This document shows positions 12,930 to 23,498 of a stretch of 64,000 nt of DNA, piece after piece (position 1 is the first letter of the stretch; each line of letters starts with the position of its first letter). A model generated the notes under the pieces. It did no database searches. It was not told the origin of the DNA and saw only the letters and a program-made list of their open reading frames with translations. The translations under genes were made by a program, and so were the position numbers. Location of the stretch: contig CAWJPJ010000007.1 of assembly GCA_963844715.1 (NCBI GenBank), positions 992,001 to 1,056,000 on the forward strand. The letters run 5' to 3'. Source of the DNA: an uncultured Phycisphaerales bacterium (GTDB taxonomy: Bacteria > Planctomycetota > Phycisphaerae > Tepidisphaerales > Tepidisphaeraceae).

Positions 12930-14083
12930 CTTAGTTGTGCCGCAAATAGGTAATGCCACGCGATCATCAGCACGAACACGAAGCTGTACATGAGGACCAC
13001 GAGCACGATGAACGTCCGCTTACGAATGAAGCTGAGGTACATGGCCGAGAGTTTCAGGTCGAGCATCGGTCCCAGCACCATGAAACCCATCTGCGCCGAC
13101 AAAGGCAGGACCGATCGGAACGACGCCGCCACAAACGCATCCGCGCCCGAGCAGAGATTCAGCACGACCGCCAGCCCCATCATGATCATAATCGCCAGCG
13201 CCGGCGCGTGCGCCATCAGCAGAAAAGTCTGGCGCGGAATAACCGTCTGACAGATCGCGGCGAAAAAAGCGCCGAACACCAGGTATTGTCCCACCGAAAG
13301 AAAATCGTCTCCGGCATGATTAACGGCTTCGGCCAATCGGCTCCACAGCGGCGGCGTTTTGTGATGATGAGAGTGATCGTGGTCGTGATCATGATCGTGC
13401 CCGTGATCGTGATCGTGTTCGTGACGATCGTGATCTCCGTGATCGTGCCCGCAACCGCACGATTCGCCCTGCGATTCGCCTGTTTTCATCGAATCAAGCA
13501 GGGCCGAATGCCCTGGGAAAAAGCGATCCATGCAAAGCGCGACGGAAACGGCAACCACGTATCCAAAGACCATTCTGGCGGCCAGGACATGCCAGTTCCA
13601 GGCATATGCCATGAGGGTCGCCGAACCGACCAGGACATTGACGATCGGCCCGGCCAGGAGATACGCCACCGCCGTGGAAAACGGCACGCCTTTGCGCACC
13701 AGCCTTCGCGTGAACGGAATTACCGCGCATTCGCATACGGGAAGCAGCAGGCCCAGGCTTGCGGCGACCAAAATCCCCAGGATTTTCCGCTCCGGCAGAA
13801 GCCTGACCACCATTTCCCGCGGAACGAATACCTCGAACAATCCGCCAAGCAGCGACCCGAGCATCACGAACGGCAATGCTTCCAAAATAATGCTGACGAA
13901 GGAAAGCCCCATCGCCGTCCCCGGCGGCGTGCCGTGCATCGCCAGCAACAGCGCAACGGCCAGCAGTAGAAAGAGCGCGCCGGCGAGGGTCCAAAAAGAA
14001 ATGCTCCGCCCAACAGGGATTTCGTATCGAAACGGCTTCTTGTCGCCAGTTTGCGCGGGAAGAGTGGTTGAGGACTGGCTCAT
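12926..14083 (-). CDS. DUF318/YcgR-like permease with His-rich loop (probable Zn/Ni/Co uptake)
   Basis: LEALPF, PVCEC, LCSGADAF and GPMLDLK motifs; CGCGHDHGDHD...HHH loop. Confidence 0.85.
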   Translation of the reverse strand: MSQSSTTLPAQTGDKKPFRYEIPVGRSISFWTLAGALFLLLAVALLLAMHGTPPGTAMGLSFVSIILEALPFVMLGSLLGGLFEVFVPREMVVRLLPERKILGILVAASLGLLLPVCECAVIPFTRRLVRKGVPFSTAVAYLLAGPIVNVLVGSATLMAYAWNWHVLAARMVFGYVVAVSVALCMDRFFPGHSALLDSMKTGESQGESCGCGHDHGDHDRHEHDHDHGHDHDHDHDHSHHHKTPPLWSRLAEAVNHAGDDFLSVGQYLVFGAFFAAICQTVIPRQTFLLMAHAPALAIMIMMGLAVVLNLCSGADAFVAASFRSVLPLSAQMGFMVLGPMLDLKLSAMYLSFIRKRTFIVLVVLMYSFVFVLMIAWHYLFAAQLR

Positions 14084-14146
14084 GCTTTGAGGGCGTCAAA
14101 CAATTCGGTCAGTCTCGGATCAGTGCGGTCCCGCGCTGGCGGCGCC

Positions 14147-14584
14147 TCAATCGTGATGACAGTCCCGACACGTCCCATGGAGAAGAACTTCGGAGTAGGC
14201 TACGCGATATCCGCTGCGCACGCGATACGAATTTTTAGTATTTTTCGCCGCCGGCGCGTCGTCGAGACATTCGACGGCCCCACACTCATCGCACACAAAA
14301 TGCGCGTGGTCGTGTTTGGCCGCGCCGTGCTGCGATCCATATCCATATCGCCATACCTGGTCATCTCCCCGGACGCGATGTACCAGATTCTTTTCGGTAA
14401 ACGTCTGCAAGGTTCGATAAAGGGTCACGTTGTCAGTTCCCTCGGGCAGCTTTTCAAGGATTTGCGGGGCGCTCAGCGGCTGGCGCGAGCCGGAGAGGAT
14501 CGACAGTACGCCGGTCCGCACCGGGGTCCGGCGCAGGCCGGCTTCATGAAGCAAATCGGCGGGTTTTCTGTCAGTTTTGTCCAC
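14147..14584 (-). CDS. Fur-family transcriptional regulator (Zur/Nur-like)
   Basis: GLRRTPVR, VTLYRTL, HDHAHFVCDECG and C-terminal CxxC motifs. Confidence 0.9.
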   Translation of the reverse strand: MDKTDRKPADLLHEAGLRRTPVRTGVLSILSGSRQPLSAPQILEKLPEGTDNVTLYRTLQTFTEKNLVHRVRGDDQVWRYGYGSQHGAAKHDHAHFVCDECGAVECLDDAPAAKNTKNSYRVRSGYRVAYSEVLLHGTCRDCHHD

Positions 14585-14590
14585 AACGCG

Positions 14591-14599
14591 ATTATAGCA
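14591..14599 (-). promoter_or_regulatory. Extended -10 promoter (TGnTATAAT); probably leaderless transcript for the fur operon
   Basis: Minus strand TGCTATAAT, 6 nt before GTG start at 14584; no SD. Confidence 0.65.
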
Positions 14600-14784
14600 T
14601 TCGCTTATCTCCGATGCCTGAGACGGAATTATCGGACCAGCGAAATACGAGAAAATTTTCGCAAAAAATCGGTCCTGGCGTCCGGCGTTATCTTTCGTGC
14701 GGGGCGCGTGTTACCGCCGAAATAAGGGTAATCCGCCGGTCCAGCGGCGGCTCGCTTTGAGCTTCGTCATGGAAGAAATCCGCC

Positions 14785-15324
14785 ATGTCGCGCAACTACA
14801 CCGGTGACGTGGAGGATGTGGAACTTGCGGCCAAGGCCGCGCAGGGCGACGCAGCGGCTTTCCATGCCTTGGTGGATCGGCACTCCGACCGGCTCTTTCG
14901 CATCGCCATCGCTCTCGTCGGGAATAACGCCGACGCGGAAGACGTTTTGCAGGAAACGCTCATTGGCGCGTTTCGAAGTTTGAAGGGATTCCAAGGGCGA
15001 GCGTCGGTCAAAACGTGGCTGACGCGAATTCTGATGATCCAGGCGGCGCGCTTTCGCCGCGGCAGACGCAAAACGGAGCCGATTTCGGAATCAGAGGCGG
15101 CAAAGACGGGCGGTGCCCAGAGCGTGGAAGCGAAAATGGATGTGAATGCGGCGTTGACGGAACTGTCGCCGGAGCATCGGCAAGTGATCGTTCTTCGGGA
15201 ACTGGAACATTTGTCCTACGAGGAAATCGCCGAGGTTCTCGAGGTGCCGCAGGGAACTGTCGAATCGCGCCTCCATCGGGCCCGCTCGGCGCTGCGGGAA
15301 AAATTAAAGGCGTATCTCGGCTAG
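14785..15324 (+). CDS. ECF RNA polymerase sigma factor
   Basis: DAEDVLQE, FQGRASVKTWL, LSYEEIAEVLEVPQGTVESRLHRAR. Confidence 0.95.
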   Translation: MSRNYTGDVEDVELAAKAAQGDAAAFHALVDRHSDRLFRIAIALVGNNADAEDVLQETLIGAFRSLKGFQGRASVKTWLTRILMIQAARFRRGRRKTEPISESEAAKTGGAQSVEAKMDVNAALTELSPEHRQVIVLRELEHLSYEEIAEVLEVPQGTVESRLHRARSALREKLKAYLG

Positions 15325-15349
15325 GCAGACCTGGCCGAACGTGATTTGA

Positions 15350-15810
15350 ATGGCGGATTGCGAATTCAAACAATTTCTGATGGCGTACCACGATGGCGCT
15401 CTGGACGCGGCGCTTCGCGAGCAGATGGACCGCCATCTTCCGCACTGTCCTGCCTGTGCGGCGGAACTGGCGCAGCTCCGCTCGCTCTCCAATCTCATCG
15501 AAACAAATGTCTCCCTTCCGGCGGGATTGTCGCAGATCGAGCGGCACCGCCTTCACGCGCGGGTTGACGCCGCCATGGATGAAGGCGTCTTGCGCGCTGC
15601 GCGGATCATCAGCGCGATTGCGGCGTGCGTTCTGGCGGGGTGCTCGATCGGCCTGATGCACTCGAGCCAGCTATCCCCCGCGCCTCCGCCGTGGGTCGAT
15701 GTGGCGGCGCAGGCGGATGCGAGCGCGACCGCGCCAGCGCCGAAGCGAGCACGCCGGCGGCCGTCTGGTATCTCGCCAGCGCGTCGGGTCGATCGGACGA
15801 ATCGCCGTAG
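15350..15810 (+). CDS. Zinc-binding (zf-HC2/ZAS) membrane anti-sigma factor, frameshifted near 15735
   Basis: HLPHCPAC (HxxxCxxC), one TM helix, directly downstream of the ECF sigma. Confidence 0.8.
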
Positions 15811-15824
15811 ATTTTGGAGCCGGT

Positions 15825-16369
15825 ATGACGCGTCGAAAAATTATCCTGGGCGTGACGGCGTTCCTGGTGCTGGGCGCGGGGCTGGCGATCGGGCGATTGA
15901 CCGCGCGCTTCCCCGGCCCGTTCCACGAACACGGAGCGCCCCCCTCTTGGCTCGTCGATCAGCTCAATCTATCCCCCGACCAGCATGCGGCGATAAACGC
16001 GATCTGGGACGACACCAAGCAAAAAATGCAGGACCTCGGCCACCAACGGCACGACCTCGATCTCAATCGCGACAAGTCTGTTCGAGATTTGCTGACCGAT
16101 CAGCAGAAGGCCGCATACGACAAAATTTACGCCGACTATCACGCTCAGAGGGCGCAACTCGATCAGCAGCGTTCGGCGTTGATGCACGATGCGGACCAGC
16201 ACAGCCGCGACCTGCTCGACGATGCGCAGAAAGCGCAATGGGACGAATTGACAAAGGAATTCTTGCGCACCACGGCCCGCACGAACCGGGTGGTCCTGCC
16301 GGACCCGGCGGTCCTCCTGATCAGGGCCCTCCCGGCGGCGCCCAGCCGCCGGCGGCCACCCAACCTTGA
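15825..16369 (+). CDS. Spy/CpxP/ZraP-like periplasmic helical protein, frameshift near 16260
   Basis: Signal/TM segment, LNLSPDQ, LLTDQQK and LLDDAQK (LTxxQ repeats), Pro/Gly tail ending ATQP. Confidence 0.7.
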
Positions 16370-16416
16370 ACAACAGGCAACTTTTCCAATACCCAATCGC
16401 TGAAAGGAGCGAAGTC

Positions 16417-17055
16417 ATGACGGTGAAAGGCATCAGAATCGGATGGTTAACTTCCCTAGCGCTGGTCGGTTTGCTGGCGCTACCCGTCCTCAGCCAGGTC
16501 GACAACGGCGGCGGAGGCGGCGGTCAGAACAACAATAATAACAACGGCGGTGGTCCCGGCGGCGGTGGACCGGGCGGCGGCGGAGGGGGTGGTGGCGGCG
16601 GAGGCGGTGGTGGGGGAGGCGGCGGCGGGCGCAGGTTTGATCCCGCCCAGATGCGTCAGCGAATGATGCAACGCCTCCAGCAGGACCTGGGAGCTTCCGA
16701 CGATGAATTTGCCGTCCTTGAACCCAAGATTGACGCCGTGATGCAGCTTCGCCGCGATGCTGGCGGCGGCTTCAATCCGCGGATGTTCATGCGTCGCGGC
16801 GGCGGCGGTGGCGGCGGAGATGCCGGCGGCGCCAGCACCCAGCCGCAATCGCCTGCCCAACAGGCGGTCTCGGATCTGCAATCGACGCTGGACGACGCCA
16901 GCGCCACGCCCGATCAGATCAAGAGCAAACTCGACACGCTTCGCCAGGCCCGAGCGCAGGCGAAAGCCGATTTGTCCAAGAGCGAGGACGATCTGCGCAG
17001 CCTCCTGACTCAGCGGCAGGAAGCCCAGCTCGTGCTTTACGGCATCCTCGACTGA
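16417..17055 (+). CDS. Exported Gly-rich helical hypothetical protein (Spy-like LLTQRQ C-terminus)
   Basis: AAGGAG RBS, signal peptide, poly-Gly tracts, helical C-terminal domain. Confidence 0.7.
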   Translation: MTVKGIRIGWLTSLALVGLLALPVLSQVDNGGGGGGQNNNNNNGGGPGGGGPGGGGGGGGGGGGGGGGGGGRRFDPAQMRQRMMQRLQQDLGASDDEFAVLEPKIDAVMQLRRDAGGGFNPRMFMRRGGGGGGGDAGGASTQPQSPAQQAVSDLQSTLDDASATPDQIKSKLDTLRQARAQAKADLSKSEDDLRSLLTQRQEAQLVLYGILD

Positions 17056-17085
17056 TGCCGCGTTTTTTTCACAGGATGTGCGACC

Positions 17086-18819
17086 GTGCATGACGTTTTG
17101 ACCAGTTTGATGCGGGATGGGCTGCTGGACGTGGAGTCCGCGCGGCAAATCAGCGATGCCGTCGCAGGGGGAAGCTCCCTCGACGACGCGATGCGCAAAG
17201 TCGCCCGCGCGCAGGAGGAAAAAATCCTCCGCGCGCTGGCGGCTTATTACGACATTCCGTTCGTCGATCTGGAAAAAGACGCGGACCGCCTCGCGCCGGA
17301 AAAGGAATTGCTCTCGAAATTTCCGGCCCGGATTCTGCTGGACCGGCGCATCATGCCGCTGGCGGGCGAGGCGAATGGCGACGGCGTGGCGATCGTCACA
17401 TCGCATGTTTTCGAAACCGCCGGGCTCGACGAATTGCGCATGGCCACGGGTCTGGATGTTCACCCCGTGCTCGCGCCGTCGACGGAAATCGACCGCTTCA
17501 TGAAAAAATTCCTCGGCGTGGGCGCCGACACCCTCCAGTCGATGGGCGTCGACGAGCCGGAGGAAGTCAAGGTTCTGGAAGACTACGACGAAAGTGAGAT
17601 GGATCTCACCAGCGCTGCCCACGACGCTTCGATCATCAAATTCGTCAACCAGGTGATGGCCGAGGCCCTGGAGTCCCGCGCGACGGACGTGCATTTCGAG
17701 CCGTTCGAAAATCAGCTTCGCGTTCGCTATCGAATCGACGGCGTGTTGCATGAAGCCAACATTCCGCCGCAGGTGCGGCGCTTTCACGCCGCGATCGTTT
17801 CGCGACTGAAGATTCTCAGCCACCTGGACATCGCCGAAAAACGCCTCCCTCAGGACGGGCGCATCCGGCTGAAAGTCGCCGGTCGTGAAATCGACCTCCG
17901 CGTCAGCGTCATCCCCATGATCCACGGGGAAGCCGTCGTACTGCGAATTCTGGATCGCGGCGACGCCTTGCTCGGTTTGGAACACCTGGGCATGTCGGCG
18001 CACGACAACGGAGCGTGGCAGCGCGTCCTGGATCTGCCGCATGGAATCATTCTGGTCACCGGCCCCACGGGCTCGGGAAAAACGACGACGCTTTACGCGG
18101 CTCTTTCGAAGATCAACCAGACGGATTTGAAAATCGTCACCATCGAAGACCCCGTCGAGTATCAATTATCCGGCATCAATCAGATTCAGGTGAACGTCAA
18201 GGCCGGATTGAGCTTCGCTGCCGGATTGCGGGCGATTTTGCGCCACGATCCGGATGTCGTGCTGATCGGCGAAATCCGCGATCGCGAAACCGCCGAGATC
18301 GCGGTGCAGGCGTCCCTGACCGGACACCTGGTCTTCAGCACGCTTCACACCAACGACGCCCCCGGCGCGACGACGCGGCTGGTGGATATGGGCGTCGAGC
18401 CGTATCTCGTCGCCAGCTCGCTGGAAATGGTCGCGGCGCAGCGGCTGGTGCGGCTGATCTGCCCGCGTTGCAAAACTCAGCGCCCGCCCGGCGAAGCGGA
18501 AAAATTGCGGGCACAATTCGGCGATCTTGCCCCGGAGGTTCTGTGGTATGGCGCCGGATGCCGCAATTGCCAGGGCACCGGGTATCGCGGCCGCCAGGCT
18601 GTGTTCGAAATGATGCCCCTGACGGATGAAATCCGGGCGCTGATCCTTGAACGCGCCAGCTCGCGCGAAATACGAAAAACCGCGATCCAGCAGGGGATGA
18701 ACAGCTTGCGGGACGACGGATGGCGGATGATTCGGGACGGCCGCACCACGCCGGAGGAAGTGCTGCGAATGACCAAGGACGAGAATTTGGCCGCCGGAGC
18801 GATCGAAGGTTCGAAGTAA
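17086..18819 (+). CDS. gspE: Type II secretion ATPase GspE
   Basis: Walker A GPTGSGKTT, TIEDPVE, GEIRD, STLHTNDA and two CxxC. Confidence 0.95.
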   Translation: MHDVLTSLMRDGLLDVESARQISDAVAGGSSLDDAMRKVARAQEEKILRALAAYYDIPFVDLEKDADRLAPEKELLSKFPARILLDRRIMPLAGEANGDGVAIVTSHVFETAGLDELRMATGLDVHPVLAPSTEIDRFMKKFLGVGADTLQSMGVDEPEEVKVLEDYDESEMDLTSAAHDASIIKFVNQVMAEALESRATDVHFEPFENQLRVRYRIDGVLHEANIPPQVRRFHAAIVSRLKILSHLDIAEKRLPQDGRIRLKVAGREIDLRVSVIPMIHGEAVVLRILDRGDALLGLEHLGMSAHDNGAWQRVLDLPHGIILVTGPTGSGKTTTLYAALSKINQTDLKIVTIEDPVEYQLSGINQIQVNVKAGLSFAAGLRAILRHDPDVVLIGEIRDRETAEIAVQASLTGHLVFSTLHTNDAPGATTRLVDMGVEPYLVASSLEMVAAQRLVRLICPRCKTQRPPGEAEKLRAQFGDLAPEVLWYGAGCRNCQGTGYRGRQAVFEMMPLTDEIRALILERASSREIRKTAIQQGMNSLRDDGWRMIRDGRTTPEEVLRMTKDENLAAGAIEGSK

Positions 18820-18830
18820 ATCAATAAAAG

Positions 18831-20063
18831 ATGTCCGTATTTGCCTATACAGCATTGCATAAGGACGGCCGGCGCGCCACGGGCACGCTGAGTTCCGATT
18901 CGCGCGCCGCCGCCATGGCCGAGATCGCGCGGCAGGGGATGGTCCCGGTGCGCATTGAAGAAGCCAAGGATTCCGCCGCCGCCGCGAAAAAAGTTCAGGC
19001 CGCTACCGCCGCGGCGCATCCCGTCAAGGTTTCCGGCCGGCAGATCGAGGCCTTCACGCGCGAACTGGCCAATCTGCTCTCCGGCAGTGTGCCTCTGGCG
19101 CAGGCGCTTTCCCTTCTGCGCCGCGAGGCGTCTAATTCCGCCGCGCGCGAACTCTGGAGCGCCATTCATGACGACGTGGTGGGGGGCACGGCGCTCGCCG
19201 ACGCCATGGCGAAGTGGCCGCAGAGTTTCTCCAGCGTTTACGTGGCGATGGTCCGCGCCGGTGAGGCCGGCGGATTCCTCGAAGTCGTCCTGGCCCAGAT
19301 CGCCGATTTCCGCAATCGCGAGGCGGACCTCAAGGGACGCGTCAAAGGCGCGATGATCTATCCCATCATCCTGGCGTGCCTGGCCGTTGGAGTGCTGGTC
19401 TTCCTGATGGAATTCTTCATTCCGAGATTTAGCCAGATTTTCGAGCAATTCGGCGGGAATTTGCCGCTGCTGACGCAAATCATCATCGGCGTGAGCCATG
19501 TCGTGCAGCATTACGGCCTGGTCGTCGCCGGCGTGCTGTTGATGGTTTTTATTCTCGTCAAGCGAGCCCTGTCCACCGAATCCGGCCGGCGCATGATGGA
19601 AGTTGGCATTTTGTCCACGCCGATGGTCGGCAAGGTCATCTCGCATTTCGCCCTGGTGCGATTTGCGCGAATGCTGGGAACCCTGCTTGGCGCGGGCGTT
19701 CCGCTCATGGCGTCCCTGCGAGTGGCCCGCGAAGCGATCGGCAACCAGACCCTGGCGGATACTGTTCTCCGCGCCATCGAGCAGGTTCAGCAGGGTTCTC
19801 CCTTGTCCAAGAGTCTGGCCGCAAGTCCCCTGCTTTTCCCGCCTTCAGTAGTCGAAATGATCGCCATCGCCGAAGAGACCGGTCGGTTGGACAAAGAGCT
19901 GCTCAGACTCGCGGCGGCGTATGAGTCCGATCTCGACCGCCAATTGCGGCTGCTGGTCGGCGTCGCCGAGCCGGTCATGCTTTTTCTCATGGCGGGAATG
20001 ATCGGCACGATCGTCGTCGGAATGCTTCTGCCGGTATTCAATCTGCAGGAGCTCATTCACTGA
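18831..20063 (+). CDS. gspF: Type II secretion inner-membrane platform protein GspF
   Basis: MVRAGEAGGFL, AMIYP, IAEETGRLD; follows gspE. Confidence 0.95.
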   Translation: MSVFAYTALHKDGRRATGTLSSDSRAAAMAEIARQGMVPVRIEEAKDSAAAAKKVQAATAAAHPVKVSGRQIEAFTRELANLLSGSVPLAQALSLLRREASNSAARELWSAIHDDVVGGTALADAMAKWPQSFSSVYVAMVRAGEAGGFLEVVLAQIADFRNREADLKGRVKGAMIYPIILACLAVGVLVFLMEFFIPRFSQIFEQFGGNLPLLTQIIIGVSHVVQHYGLVVAGVLLMVFILVKRALSTESGRRMMEVGILSTPMVGKVISHFALVRFARMLGTLLGAGVPLMASLRVAREAIGNQTLADTVLRAIEQVQQGSPLSKSLAASPLLFPPSVVEMIAIAEETGRLDKELLRLAAAYESDLDRQLRLLVGVAEPVMLFLMAGMIGTIVVGMLLPVFNLQELIH

Positions 20064-20084
20064 TTAGAAACGAGGAGCGATTCC

Positions 20085-20516
20085 ATGAACATACAACTCA
20101 GGCGTCGAACGCGACGAGCCTTCACATTGATCGAACTACTGCTGGTGATGGTGATCATCGCCATCCTGGCGGCGATCGTTATTCCGAAATTCGCCGGCCG
20201 AACCGAGCAGGCGCGAGTCACCCGCGCCACGGCCGACATTGCCAACATCAAAACAGCCCTCAACGCGTTTGAAATCGACAACGGGCGATATCCGACGACC
20301 GAGGAAGGGCTCAACGCCCTGGTAACCCAGCCGAACGATTTGACGACCGGTTCAGACGGCAAGACCTCCTGGCATCAATTGCTCGATAAGGTGCCGCTCG
20401 ATCCCTGGGGCCATGCGTACATCTATCGCTGCCCCGGCACCGGCGGGAAGGATTTCGACCTCGTTTCCACCGGCGCCAGCGGCACTGAAGGCGGCACCGA
20501 CAACATCACGAACTAA
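20085..20516 (+). CDS. gspG: Major pseudopilin GspG
   Basis: AFTLIELL N-terminus, YPTTEEGLNAL and DPWGHAYIY. Confidence 0.95.
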   Translation: MNIQLRRRTRRAFTLIELLLVMVIIAILAAIVIPKFAGRTEQARVTRATADIANIKTALNAFEIDNGRYPTTEEGLNALVTQPNDLTTGSDGKTSWHQLLDKVPLDPWGHAYIYRCPGTGGKDFDLVSTGASGTEGGTDNITN

Positions 20517-20526
20517 CGTCCGCACC

Positions 20527-21078
20527 ATGCGCAATCGGCGATCCAATTTCCGTGCCTTCACGCTCATCGAGCTGATCCTGGTCATGATCATCCTGACGAT
20601 CGTGGCCGGGGCGGTCGCGCCGATGCTGCGCGGATTTACCGCCGGGCGCCGCATCGCCAACTCCGCCCGGGCCATGCTCGCGCTGTCGCAATATGCGCGC
20701 ACGCAGTCGATGTCGGAAGGGCGCATCTACCGCCTGAATTTTGATCCCACCGCCGGGGCCTTCTGGCTGACCGAGGACCAAGACGGAACATTTGCCGCTC
20801 CCACCAACGATTTCGGCGATCGCCAAACGCTGGAATCCGGCGAGAAAATGCAAATCGAGATTACCGCGCCCGTCGTGCCCCTCGACGAACAGCAGACCGG
20901 CAGTCCAACCACGCCGCAGGCAGCCCCCAGCGACCAATACGTCGAATTCGATCCAAGCGGGCGAACCCAGCAGGTGACCATCACACTCACCGATCAATTC
21001 GGTTCCGCCGTGCAACTTGCCTGCGCATCCGCCACCGATCAGTTGCGAATCGTTCCAGCGGGGGAGGCGGTCCAATGA
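20527..21078 (+). CDS. gspH: Minor pseudopilin GspH-like
   Basis: RAFTLIELILV N-terminus; position after gspG. Confidence 0.8.
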   Translation: MRNRRSNFRAFTLIELILVMIILTIVAGAVAPMLRGFTAGRRIANSARAMLALSQYARTQSMSEGRIYRLNFDPTAGAFWLTEDQDGTFAAPTNDFGDRQTLESGEKMQIEITAPVVPLDEQQTGSPTTPQAAPSDQYVEFDPSGRTQQVTITLTDQFGSAVQLACASATDQLRIVPAGEAVQ

Positions 21079-21458
21079 GACGCCGAGCCGGATTTACTCT
21101 TGTTGAGGTCCTTGTGACCCTCATGTTCCTTGCAATCAGCCTCCCCGCGGTCATGGAGGGAATCTCGCTAGCGACGAAAGTCGGCGCGCAAACGGTTCAT
21201 CGCACCGAAGCGGCGGGGCTGGCGCAATCGAAGCTAGCGGAAATCGTCAGTTCCGATGAATGGGAGAACGGGAATCTCTCCGGCGATTTTGGCGCCGATT
21301 GGCCAAGTTATCGGTGGGAGGCGGACGTGCAGCCGTGGGCCGAGGACACCACCAGCGCCGGAATTCAGCAGATTGACGTGAATGTCTATTGGACCGAGCC
21401 GGGTCGTGAACAGTCGATCACCCTTTCAACCCTTGCCTACGCGCGGAGTCAGGAATGA
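21075..21458 (+). CDS. gspI: Minor pseudopilin GspI-like
   Basis: GFTLVEVLV N-terminus, 127 aa, gene order. Confidence 0.8.
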   Translation: MRRRAGFTLVEVLVTLMFLAISLPAVMEGISLATKVGAQTVHRTEAAGLAQSKLAEIVSSDEWENGNLSGDFGADWPSYRWEADVQPWAEDTTSAGIQQIDVNVYWTEPGREQSITLSTLAYARSQE

Positions 21459-22309
21459 TGATGCGTTGTCGCAGACTGATGCGCATGCCAAAGGGCGGGG
21501 CATCCCCTTCCCCAGCCCTCCGCCGGAATACCGGAGGCGGGGGAATGCGCGGCGGTTTCACGCTCCTAGAATTAGTCGTCGCCTTGGGGATGGTCGCGGT
21601 CTTGGCCGTCTCGCTGTACACCAGCCTGCACATCGCCTTCGCGGCGCAGAGCAGCGCCGAGGCGGCCCTGGATGCCCCGCGCACGGCCGAATTGGCGATC
21701 GACTTCCTTCAGAAAGACTTTGAAAACGCGGATGTCCCCAACGACACGGGTGACACCTACAACACCGTCGCCGTGAGCCCGGCGATGCAAAGCCTCTATT
21801 CGTCGATCACGACGACCACCGGGGCGAACACCACGGTCCTGGCCGGAAACTTCGAGGGAATCCAGGCGCAGGACGATCGCGGTCATGAGGCGGACGATGT
21901 GGTCTTCTTCACAACCGCCGGGGCCGGCGATCACATCGACGCCAATGGCGAAATCAAACAGGTTGAGTTGACGGTCCAGCGCTCCGCATCGGGCGATTAT
22001 CAGCTGGTGCGCCGGGTGTCGCGCAACTTGCTTTCCGAGCAGCAGGTGGAGCCCGATGTGGAAGTTTTGTGCCGCGGCGTGTCGTCGTTCTCCATTCAAT
22101 ATTCCACCGGCTCGGAATGGGTCGATAGCTGGGATTCCACGCAGGAGGACAACGATCTCCCCGCCGCCGTGCAGATCACCCTCGAACTCGATCGGCCCAA
22201 CGCCACGGGCACTCAGACCGAAACGCACACGTACACACGGATCATCGCGATTCCGTCGTCGACGGCCGCGCTCGATCCCAATGTCAACGCATCGGTGAGC
22301 ATGCAATGA
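21455..22309 (+). CDS. gspJ: Minor pseudopilin GspJ-like
   Basis: GFTLLELVVA; C-terminal WVDSW...LPAAVQITL typical of GspJ. Confidence 0.85.
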   Translation: MMMRCRRLMRMPKGGASPSPALRRNTGGGGMRGGFTLLELVVALGMVAVLAVSLYTSLHIAFAAQSSAEAALDAPRTAELAIDFLQKDFENADVPNDTGDTYNTVAVSPAMQSLYSSITTTTGANTTVLAGNFEGIQAQDDRGHEADDVVFFTTAGAGDHIDANGEIKQVELTVQRSASGDYQLVRRVSRNLLSEQQVEPDVEVLCRGVSSFSIQYSTGSEWVDSWDSTQEDNDLPAAVQITLELDRPNATGTQTETHTYTRIIAIPSSTAALDPNVNASVSMQ

Positions 22310-23498
22310 GAATTTTCAACGACAAAACCCGTCGTCGAGCGTTCCGCCGTCGCGGAGCGATCTTCATCATGGCGATGGGGATCGTGGTGATTCTCAGCGG
22401 CATGCTCTTGGTCTTCGCCGAGGAGATGCGAGCGGAAGCGATGGCGTCCGCGAATCGGCTCTCGTACGACCAGGCCGACGCCGTCGAAAAAGGGGCGGAG
22501 CAGTGGGTTCTCGCGCAGGTCGAGGAATACGGGCAGGACGCCGTCACTCTGTGCAACAACGTGCCTGCCGAAGGGATTCAGGTCGGCCAGGGTTATTTCT
22601 GGATCATCCGCCCCAATCAGGACAGCAATCAGAATTACGATTTCGGCCTGGTTGACGAATCCGGCAAGCTGAATTTAAACGTCGCCACGTCCGACGAGCT
22701 TCAGATATTGCCGAACATGCAGCAGAACCTGGCCGACGCCATTGTCGACTGGCATAACCCCGAGCAGACGGCAACGGGCGACGGCGCCAAGAGTCCGACG
22801 TATCAATCCCTTCCCGAGCCTTATGACTGCAAGGACGCGCCCTTTGAGAGTGTGGAGGAGTTGCGCCTGGTTTACGGCATGACGCCGCAGATTTTGTTCG
22901 GCGCAGGACACCAATCGCAACGGCGTGATCGACCCCGAGGAAGAAGCCGCCCAGAGCAACAACGGCATTACGCTCAACTTCGACAGCGGCGCGGACATTC
23001 AGCGTGGCATCATCAATTTCGTCACCACCTATAGCGCCCAGTCCCAGCGTGGGCGCACCGTGCAGGGATTGGTGAACGTCAATACGGCCCCGATGCAGGT
23101 TTTAATGTGCCTGCCGGGAATGACCGAGCAGACCGCTGAATCCGTCATCAGCGCTCGCCAGGGCGGCACCACCAGCGGGGATACATCCTGGATTCGCACT
23201 GCTCTGGGCACCGGCATCTACAACGAAGTCTCGGGCCTGATCACGACGACGTCGTATCAATATTCGGCCGATATCGTCGCCGTCAGCGGAGATGGGCGCA
23301 CGCTTCAAGCGCGTGCAGATCGTGGTCGATGTGCGGCAAGTGCCGGCGACGATCGTCTATCGCCGAGATTTGACGAGCCTCGGCTGGCCGCTCCCCAAGG
23401 AAATCCGCGATTCCCTCCGCGCCGGCCAGGGCGTGCCGGCGGATTATTCCGGCAATTCGATGACCGGATCAGAAGGCGGAAATCCGCTGAACCCGTAA
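22306..23498 (+). CDS. gspK: Minor pseudopilin GspK, frameshifts near 22905 and 23295
   Basis: RRGAIF N-terminus, DESGKLNLN, ADAIVDW, FESVEELRLV and VNVNTA across frames. Confidence 0.85.

Noticed and set aside
16480..18165. Long antisense ORFs (for example 1077..2747, 16480..18165, 18477..19646, 58196..59413)
   Set aside because: Shadow ORFs expected opposite GC-rich genes; no recognisable motifs.
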